IMG/VR virus record: IMGVR_UViG_3300033146_000946
Coordinates: 1 to 64,000 of that record
DNA length: 64,000 nt
Source: a virus
Direction: 5' to 3' (one strand)
Under the pieces are notes generated by a model. The model worked only from the letters and a program-made list of their open reading frames with translations. It was not told the DNA's origin and did not search any database. Shown in pieces: positions 38,501 to 47,700 of the stretch (its first letter is position 1; every line of letters begins with the position of its first letter). Made by a program: the position numbers and the translations under genes.

Positions 38501-41500
38501 TATTGGTGGATTTGAATATGATAATTTCAGATATGGTACTGGTATGTCTGGTTCATTTAAATATCTTGCTAATACAGCTGGTAAAGTAGCAGCAGCAGCT
38601 TTTGCATATAAAGCTATTGATGCTGCAGTTGCATCAGCTCCAGTATTTGATCAAACTGGATTACAAGATGGTATAACAGGATTTTTAGCTGATAATGTAG
38701 CAACTACACATTTAATAGCATCTAAAGCATTAAATTTTACAGGTGTTGCAGGAGCAGGAAGGTATCTTGAAGGGTTAATGCCAGGATTTACATCATCTGC
38801 ACCAGGAGCATTGATTGGTGGTGCTCTTAGAATGGCTGGTGGACCAGGAGCTATGATTGGTGGTGCAATACATGGTGCTATTTGGAATCGAATGTTATCA
38901 GCATATATGCCAGATTTTACTAAAACATATGAACAATTACAAAAAGAATATTCAGGTGAAGAAGAAGTAGCTATTGTAGAAGGTAAAGGATGGTTATTAG
39001 GTACTACACCATTCCAAGGTAATAAAATAGTTGGTTATAAACCAAATTGGTATGTTGAAGCAAAATCAAGATGGAAAGCATCAGATACATTATATGGTTC
39101 TGAATTTAGAAAATTAATACATGAACCATTACCTGGAATAGGTGCTAATATTGGTGATATAATAGATCCATATTATATGGAACGAAAACATTTCTTCGAT
39201 AGGCCATATCCTGTTACTGGAGGATTTTTAGATGAAGTTCCAGTATTTGGTCCATTAATAGATGCTACGTTAGGAAAAATATTTAAACCTAAAAAATTAA
39301 TGCATCAGAAATTTTTAAATGGTGATTCATCAATTGAACATTCTGAAGTTACAGCTATGCCAGTTATACCAATGTCAGAACAATCAGTACATATGCGTAG
39401 TGCTTCACCAATGAAAACAACTAGTCGACATATTAGATCTAATTTTATGGGAGCATGGGTTTATCCAGGTGATCATGCTTCATCAGCACAAATGATAGCT
39501 GATGATTATATGGCAGGATTTGAAAATATGATGGGTTTAGTTGGTTTTGCTGGTGGTGTTGGTAGAACTAATTTAGTAGAACATGAACGTGTAGTTCCAA
39601 CATTAGAAACTGCTGGTAGAATGGCATCTATGACTAGAAGTTATAATGATATGGCATTGGGAGGAATAGGTACTTTATCTGAAGCAATGAGACGTTTTGT
39701 AGGTAAACCAGACCATAGAAAAGTCGGTGTTAATCCAATTCCAAATATGCTTCCAAACTTTCTACCAGGTAGATTTTTAACTGGTGATCCATATGAAAAA
39801 ATAATGAAAGGTGAATTAAGATTACCTGGTACTGCTTATGAAAGAACACATGATATTAATTATGCTATGCCAGGTCGTGCTTCAATGTTCGGTGGTAATT
39901 TAAAAGATATCGTTGCATATTTTACTGGACATAAATCACCATTATTAAAAGAAGAACATGATATATTGGAATATGGTACACATGCTCACGAAGCTATTCA
40001 AAATTGGCTTAAAGCTGAAAATATATTAATATCTGCTGAAAATTTAGTATATGATACAAGAAATAATGTGTCTGGTCATATTGATGGTGTAATTCGAGAT
40101 GGTACAGGTGGTGGTGGTAGAAGAGCTCTTGAAATAAAAACTATATCAGCTAAAGGTTTAAAGAAATTATCAGGACCAAAAAATCAACACGTTGGACAGT
40201 TAAATTTTTATCTTCATGAAATGAAGATGAAAAAAGGTACAATATTATATGTTAATAGAGATAATCCAGCTGAGTTTAAAGTATATGAAATTAATTATAA
40301 TCGAGATAGATATACAAAAGATTTACAAAAAATACATCAAGCTAGAAAAATAGCGTCTGGTATGATAGCACAATCTAAAACGGGTATATCTAAAGGTTTT
40401 AGTTATTCTTGGACAGATAGATTAAATATATTAGCTGACGTTGCGCCAGCATCAAAAGAATTCAAAGAAGCAAAGTGGATAGTTGAACAACAGATAAAAA
40501 ATGGAATGATGGATGAACGTGGAATGAACAAATATAGAAAAGCGTTAAAACATCGACAAGCTACTTTGAGAACTTATGAATTATATCCTACTAGATTTAG
40601 AGGACAAATATTATCACCTGATGCTGAATATAATAGACAAAATGAAAATTATAATATAAAAGCAGGAGCAGAATATAGTTTACCAGAAAGAATAGTTGGA
40701 GCAGTTTGGGAAGAATTTTTAAATACAAATACATTTTTAACTAATAAGTTTTTTGCATTTAAAGATCCATTAGAACATTATTCAGAATATCAAGTATACG
40801 GAAAAGAATATACACCATGGACTGATCCTTATGGTTCATTTGTAAAACCAAGAATAGATAGAGTATTAGGATCAACTGATCCTTTTAAAGGAGCAATAGC
40901 AGGTTCTATTGATGGAGCATATTTATTTGGTGGTAGTCCAATGGCAGCAGTTGGAGCATTTGTAGGTGCTGCTGTTGGTGGTGTTAATGGAATCATGAAA
41001 AGACAACAAAGATGGCTACCTGGAAATATTAAAACTGAAAGACAAATTAATGATTATTTTGATACGTTAGAATATTATAAAAATGAAAGAATGGCAACTT
41101 TGAGTTATGGTATGGAATATGATAGATATAAAAATGCAGCTAATGCTACATTCCATAGTTTAATACAAAATGAAAGTACGGATTATACTAATATATATAG
41201 ATCAGCTTATACGTCAGAAAAACCATATCTATCTGCCTGGTTAAATGAAACTAATCCTGAACGACAAGAAGAAATTTTAAAAATTGTTCCTGAACGATTA
41301 GGAAATGTGTTAGTTAGTCATTGGCAAAAAGAAGGATCAAAAGTTAATACTGAAGATCATATTGATAAAATGTCAGCAGGTTTATTACAAAAACATAATC
41401 CAGAATATGATATGAGAATGTTAGATCCAATGTTACGAACAGAAGATATTAAATTAAAAGCTATTAATAATGCTGGATTAAATGCTCATGATTTTGGATT

Positions 41501-41786
41501 AGGTTGGGCTCCACAATTATTAAGAGCACAAGATGCGATGGATAGAATGCCAGATCCAAATATTAATCAAATTAATTTTAATGAAAATAATGCAGATATG
41601 ATGGATCCAGGTACAGTAAAAGGAGCAATAATGAATATGTTACATTCGATGGGATTAAAAGGTAGAGTTACAGTATTTATAAATAATCATGTAGATGGTG
41701 GATCAAATAAAGCAACTATAACATTACAGCATAATAGAGTGCAAGAAATTCGTGATGCTGTTGATTTTAGAGAGAGGTATATGTAA
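35505..41786 (+). CDS. Tape-measure-position giant protein with glycine zippers and a PD-(D/E)XK nuclease domain
   Basis: Position after chaperones; GxxxG-rich segments; GTHAH..GHIDG..LEIKT..QLNFY. Confidence 0.75.
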   Translation: MSHYDPYQDNNDSYYNPQSNVNNKESVVHSIGSAIGETAKSLVGQLIVHTVVKSVGKLAGRGIANAQRSRATMRLKQKNLSSSQRSMYQRLSKAETFTDVLSARSKTFDRVRTNAWRQKSKNILEKRENVYNRLKTRNPIGAEAYKVKSAFKNSDTFMAVAMHNVGESILEGSIIGYAYDAATGQLGHMGVRDDLSTWNLPGHAVNYAKYMVKNAVNFGVMGNLGNIKRFGQAGAANVGKNFLKHNKGFEDAVLGFASKVSNVRYKGAMKHGSDTDYKAQAFQHEINDSLLKKVKDNVGAALSTYTDTIAPMMHESLHKPFQRKPTKTPQPTATQSAVKFQDKVKHGLDQVKNSFEHKRNERANRLSKDVDKGGFAIADVLSDMGARSNNQSVLTQHGNSKQAIDEMLMNQKSSRGFLAQMFGLQQTSLKDTLTKDKIADIAHGISKFTDTKEEMLIRQLGNVKVGNTFFKKGKFNVDMNYMNPLNVVKRGMANILQSNAKMLYKLPMVGKSLSLGAITMSDTILGTEYNAFSFNNTGTGFGFVVGTKGGPKQIDDLLREPGILKQGSNTSGVNVHMVNDKLYAIDGATITKLDSYNVAIKETSPASKSLSEMKKHDMEEYLYQNAKNTVPTSKSEAIAAYANNIKKQRDGLGFFGKLSAAVSWDKLSSSNAMQGLKEIFNMKIMPNGQVHSVKQQLYDQMVGSFYGKDPIFNKQEMMSVGRTMLESTEHHLANVINRPHVIKQLAERSSGFMNKNNLGWMWDDTEFVQLLREGRAPNGVIDKDFYKTFLSDDESKALYHTVIQNPRRAKKHITRDRVGARPDLDALTQLRTKFAMNGLGKVEGVDRMLSGADFLHRQGLISHSEATAMKLHGKLNTMFAKSKTYFGELDPEIVDLTEMQKLFKGKKDGVIIKQNELLDYVMQDEMRKPSLVYSKARLADTLYRNPDAPMFGLARDTTQAIGISYKSDSDKNMAMGLKVLNVGANRVSHLVSDTFNAVGIGGFEYDNFRYGTGMSGSFKYLANTAGKVAAAAFAYKAIDAAVASAPVFDQTGLQDGITGFLADNVATTHLIASKALNFTGVAGAGRYLEGLMPGFTSSAPGALIGGALRMAGGPGAMIGGAIHGAIWNRMLSAYMPDFTKTYEQLQKEYSGEEEVAIVEGKGWLLGTTPFQGNKIVGYKPNWYVEAKSRWKASDTLYGSEFRKLIHEPLPGIGANIGDIIDPYYMERKHFFDRPYPVTGGFLDEVPVFGPLIDATLGKIFKPKKLMHQKFLNGDSSIEHSEVTAMPVIPMSEQSVHMRSASPMKTTSRHIRSNFMGAWVYPGDHASSAQMIADDYMAGFENMMGLVGFAGGVGRTNLVEHERVVPTLETAGRMASMTRSYNDMALGGIGTLSEAMRRFVGKPDHRKVGVNPIPNMLPNFLPGRFLTGDPYEKIMKGELRLPGTAYERTHDINYAMPGRASMFGGNLKDIVAYFTGHKSPLLKEEHDILEYGTHAHEAIQNWLKAENILISAENLVYDTRNNVSGHIDGVIRDGTGGGGRRALEIKTISAKGLKKLSGPKNQHVGQLNFYLHEMKMKKGTILYVNRDNPAEFKVYEINYNRDRYTKDLQKIHQARKIASGMIAQSKTGISKGFSYSWTDRLNILADVAPASKEFKEAKWIVEQQIKNGMMDERGMNKYRKALKHRQATLRTYELYPTRFRGQILSPDAEYNRQNENYNIKAGAEYSLPERIVGAVWEEFLNTNTFLTNKFFAFKDPLEHYSEYQVYGKEYTPWTDPYGSFVKPRIDRVLGSTDPFKGAIAGSIDGAYLFGGSPMAAVGAFVGAAVGGVNGIMKRQQRWLPGNIKTERQINDYFDTLEYYKNERMATLSYGMEYDRYKNAANATFHSLIQNESTDYTNIYRSAYTSEKPYLSAWLNETNPERQEEILKIVPERLGNVLVSHWQKEGSKVNTEDHIDKMSAGLLQKHNPEYDMRMLDPMLRTEDIKLKAINNAGLNAHDFGLGWAPQLLRAQDAMDRMPDPNINQINFNENNADMMDPGTVKGAIMNMLHSMGLKGRVTVFINNHVDGGSNKATITLQHNRVQEIRDAVDFRERYM

Positions 41787-44700
41787 TGCCAATAACTGAA
41801 ATTTTAGGTGAAGAAATTGAAAATGATAATGATAGAGTAAACTGGTTTGGTAGAGTAATGGTTGGTGGTATGTCTGTTTTAGGACTTGTTGCTATTGCTA
41901 ATAAGATTGGTGGTCCTACAGGTAAAGCTATAAAATTATCAGTTGGTGATCAATTAGAAGAAGAAGTAATAGATGCTGTTAATAAATATGGAAGACAAGC
42001 TGATAAATTAAAATCACCAAGTAGTTTAAAACATAAATTACCAATTAATGGAAAATTAGAAGTAGTTGGAAAATTACCATCAGAACAAGCAATTTCTAAA
42101 TTTGAACGTGTAGTAAATTCTCAAGATAAAATAAACAAAATGATGGAGACACCAACATCATTATATAATAAAATACATGAACTTGAGCGTTCTATTTCTA
42201 CTGTTATTAATGGTGTTGAAAATGGTGATCCTATGATGAAACAGATTAACGCATTACATGGAATAGTTTCAGCTAAAGTTAGGACAAAAGATGCTAAATC
42301 TGATGCTAATAATTATTTATTAATGGCAACCAAAATAAATGCAATGAGAGATTATAGTACTACTGATGTTAAAGGTGAATTAGCACAATATTTAGATGAA
42401 GATATCTGGTATGATAATTTCTTAACTGAAATGAAACCATCTGATATGATTAAATGGAATCAAAATAATGAAACTTTAATAAAAAGTGATACATCATATG
42501 CTAAAAAATATTATAAACAATTACAAAATTTAGAAAAAGAAATTTTAGCTAATAAAATTGCTAGTTCTGCTAATAGTAATAAAGCATTAGAGCTAACACA
42601 TAATAAATTATATGTAAAAGATGCTTTTATGCCTGTTGGTGATTTATTAAATGATGCAGCAGGTTATGTAATAAATGTTACTAATAAATCTATCGAATTA
42701 TTTTCATCTGATTTTAGTAATAATAAAATGAGTGTTGGAGAAATAAAACAAGTAATCGATAAATCTATATCTAAAAACGTTGGATTAAAATCACAATACG
42801 GATCAGAATTAAGTGATATAGCTCATTTATTAGATCAATTTAAAACTATGAGTAATGGTAAAATTACTAATGTTAAAATGACTTATAAAACCACAGAACA
42901 AAGAGGTGTTGAAAAAGCATATGTTGTAATTAATATAGATAGAAAATATGGAAATAATAATACTAGATCATTTTCTATGAATATACCATTAGTTGATAAA
43001 TTTAATATTGTACCAGATATAACTAATACATCACATTTTGGATATGGTGTTGCAGGTATAATAGAATCATTACCAGGAACAAATAAACCAGCTACAGCAA
43101 TAGATATATCTACTTATTATATGAGAACTGTTAAAGATATGTTAACTCAATCTATAATGAGTGAGGTATTATTTACTGATGAAGAATCATTTAATGATGT
43201 ACAAAAAAAATTAAGAAGACCATTATTAGCAATTCAAGATCAATTAAGTGCATTAAATGGTGAAGCTAGAGATATTTTTGCTACAGGAATGTATATACCA
43301 AAAACGCATTTAGATTTAATTGCTGATAAAACAGGTAGTAAAAAAAGACAATTAGCTGATGGTGCTAAAACAATAATAAATATGTTTAATGATAGTAAAA
43401 GAAATACTAATAATGATGTATCTATTGTTTTAGACTTAGAAACAATTCAATTATTAGGAAATGGTTCAGGAAGATATATGTCTGTAAGAAATACTACTTC
43501 AATTTGGTCTGTAGGTTTTTCTATTTTTAAAGGTAATGAATTAATAGATGGTGATCAGATTTCTTCTATGCATGCTTTAAAAGAGCATGATTTATTACGA
43601 GCATATGAAGTTGATAAAGTTGATAAAGGATATATAGCTAGGATGATTGATGAAAATCCTAATATCCGTAAATTTGCTAGATTTGCACAGAAAACAGTTG
43701 GCGGTTCAACTGGTGATGATTCAGTAAGTTTAGCTATAGCATTAAAAAAACATATAGAAATGGTACTAGATGAATCAAACGGATCATTATCTAAAGTAAC
43801 AACAATGCCAGGTATGGGAAATTTTTCAAGTTCAGTTGAATTTGCTCAATCTTTTGTTAAAATGTTGAAAGCTAAAATACGAGATTTACAAGATACTTTA
43901 CAACCAGGAGCAAAGATCACACTTGAAACTGCAAATGGTACTGATTTCGATATAAGATTATTAGAAACATTAACTGGTGATATGGGTTCTATAAGAGATA
44001 TGGTTGAATTTAAAGATATAACTAATGTAAGTAGAACTATGAAATTTGGTAAAAAAGGTATGTTAGGTGATCAGTTAATGCATATCGTTAACCAGTTAGC
44101 ATGGGATCAAGGATATGATAAAGAACATTTTAATGTAGAAGCTAATCCATTAGAAGCATTAAAACAATTACAAAAGAATGGATTAATGAAAACTAATAAA
44201 AATGGTGGTGATATATTAAAATTTGTTGGCGGTAAAATAAAAGGTAATATGGGTTTACATAATTCAGCATTATTAGATACTGTAATGACAAAAGCTGCAG
44301 TTATATTAGCTGAGAATGTAATTGCTAAAGATACTAGTCATGTAGATAAAGCATATGAAATTTTAAATTTATTAGAAAAATATCAAAGAAAAGATTATGA
44401 AGCAACTATTGCTGATTATATGGAATCATCTTTAGGAGTAATAAATGGTAAACAAGTAACTAAATCTGGTATTAGTATGCAACATCGTGTTGATAATTAT
44501 TATACACATTTTAACGTAGCTGATGTTATGCCATTATTAGCAAATAATCCAGTATCTAAACAAGCAAATCAATATTTAAGACATGGTTGGTTTCAAAAAA
44601 ATGTTAAAGCTGCATATTGGCGATATGGAAAAATGATTACATCTCCAATAGAAGAAGTAGCTACAGATTTAGCATATAGAACTACAGGATTTGATAAAAA

Positions 44701-47700
44701 TAGATTTGCTAATAAAGTTATATTAAATACAGCATATACAATTGGTGGATATGGTATGCAATCTGGATATAGTGCTATACCTAAATTTATAGATGATGAA
44801 TTTGATCAAATGTTATATAATCAAAAACGAGTTCAATTTAATTTTGCTGATACTGATTTTCCAGATGCATCTATGTCTAATACTATTAGAGAAGTATATG
44901 ATAAAGCTATGGTTAGAGCTCGTAAAATGATGAGTGATAAAGGATTAGGTCCAGTTAAAAGTAAGCATAAAATATCCAAAAGTGTATTAGAAGAAGCATT
45001 TAGAATAGAATTAGGAAATATACAAAATAAAGAATCTTTGATATTAGATCCAGAAAACCCAATACATCAAAATATTATGTTTGGTGATGGTAAATTAAAT
45101 ATTAAACAAAATACTCCAGGAAAATTAGTAGGTATTGAATTAGGTGGTGATATTAATAATGATAAACCAGCTTCAATGTTATTATTATTTGATTATAAAT
45201 CTTCTTTAAATTTACAGATAGATCATTTACCAGATAATAAATCAGTTGTTACTAAATTACAACATGTAGATCAAGAAGTACTTAGAACTATGGGTAGAAA
45301 ATATACACATGGATTAATTGAATCACAAGTAGATATGCGTACAATAGAAAAAGGATATACTGGAGAATTACAAAGAAAAGCATTATTAAAAATAATAGGA
45401 CATGTTAATAAAATAGGTCATATTGGGTCATCAGATGCATCTAAGAGAGTATGGACTGATTCAGAAAAATTTGCATCTGATAAAATAATGAAAAAAGTAA
45501 TATCATTGTTTAAAGAAAAAGCTGCAACAGATGGTATGCATGTTGGATCTATTGATGAAGAAAATGGTTTTAAATCATTTATATTTGGTGCATTAAAACC
45601 AGGAACAGTAGATGTTAAAGAACAAATGAATATGTTATCTACTATTAAAATGTCGGATATTATGGATATATTTGGTGAAGCAGGTGGTGATCTCATACAT
45701 GATTATAAAAGTTTAAAAGAATATTATGGTTTATTTAGTAATGATGGTATAATTGAAACTGCTCATAATATCGATTCAAAATTAGTAGCTAAAGGCTTTT
45801 CAGAAAAAGGTACAAAAGAAGGAGATTTATTAGAACAAATGTTAAATATGGATGATACTATAAAAGAAAATAAAGCATTAATAAATCCATTTCAAGCAGC
45901 TGCTAATAAATATAATAGAAAGCATGGTGATAGTGCATTACAAAAAAAATTACAAGGATACATTGATGCTAATGATTTACAATCTGCTGATAATTTAATT
46001 AAGAAATTAAAAATTGGAAAATTATTTCAAGCAGTAGGTGATATGAGTGCAGTTAATAGAAATATTATGGCTGGTAAAACTGGAGATGAAAGGTTTGATA
46101 AATTAATGGGTATTGTTGTTCCTACTATTCATCACTTTAGTGATTCTCAATCTATGAAACAAAAACAAGTTAATAAAACTATTAAATTTCGAGCTAATTA
46201 TTTTGATACAATTTTTCATGAAAATTATTTACCAGAAAGAGTAAAACAAGTATTAGCATCAAGTCAAGGTTGGAAAGCTGACAAAGCAGGTTTAGATTTA
46301 GTTAAAACATCTCGTGCAGTTATAGACATGTTTAAAAATAATAATCTTAGTAAATTAATGACTAATTATAGTTTAAATCAACAACAAATGTTAGATATCA
46401 TTGGTAATCCACTAACTAATAAACAAATAGATAGAGCATTAGAAAGATTAAGTTTAGCTGATGGTAAAAGTTCAAAGAGAAAAGCTGCTATAATTAGTGA
46501 AGTAATAGATAGTATTAAAAAAACAGGAACAACTATATCATTAGAAGAAGAAGAAGAAATAAGATCTAGAAGTATTAATTATTTTAAAGATAAATTGATT
46601 GCAACTAAAAACAGACCTTCTTCTTTATCAGCTACCGAAGCATTACATGTAATATCTTTAAGTGAAGATCAAAATGCTAAAGTAGTTGGTTTAAAATTTT
46701 ATGAATATAAAGAACTTGATAAAGATACAGGAAAATTAGTATCTAAAGTTATATCAAAAGAAACTAGAGCTAAATTAATTAAAAAAGGTATTAGTAAAGA
46801 TCAATTCAAATCATGGGGTGGACAAATTAGATTTGATTTAGAAGATATGATATCTAGATTGAATGAAAAAGAATCTGATCCATTTAATCTACGTCAATTT
46901 ATTGATCATTTTTCACATCTTAAAAATACACCTGGTCGTGCTGATAATAGAATCTTTAATGTCAAAGAAGTTAATGGTAGAAAAATAATTGAAATGAACG
47001 CATTAGTTATGCCAATGTTTAGTGATATTAGAAATGTATTCAATCAAATTGGTGATGTTGAAGGTTATGGTGTTGCTACAAAAGAATTTAAATTAATGCA
47101 AGAAGTCGCTAATGGTTTAAAAGATTATGCTAATTCCTTTATTGATGGTAAAGGTAATAATTCTATGAATAATAGAACTGGTGACGACTTAGCTTTTAAC
47201 TATTTCCAAATGTTAGGTGGAATTATGAATTTTGGAAAAGATTCACAATTATTTGATGCTGTTAAAAAATTCCATTTAGTAGGTAGTAGACATACATATG
47301 GTGTAAGTGATCAACATGTATTATTAGCACAATATACCTTAAAAGGAATAGATGGTAAAAGTACTGGTTCAAAACAAAGAATGTTAGATTTTTTCAAAAA
47401 AAATAATATGGATGCTTCACAACAAAGTGCATTTATGGATCAGATAAGAAGTGTAGCTTTATCTGATGGACATACAGCATTAGTAAATGCTGAAGATTTT
47501 TTTGGTGATAATATAAAAGTAAATACAGGTAATGGTAAAAGTATGACTTTTGGTCAAATGTTATCTGATGCAAAAGCTAATGATAAACATTTATATAATG
47601 AATTATTAAAAATTCAAAATGGTAGAGCAACTATGCCAGGTTTCACTGGTAGATATCCTATCCCATCAGCTGGAGAACTTGGATTATCTATGGTTAATAT

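Noticed and set aside
39950-40340. CRISPR-Cas4 adaptation module
   Set aside because: No repeat-spacer array, no cas1/cas2, and no Fe-S cysteines; only the nuclease fold is shared
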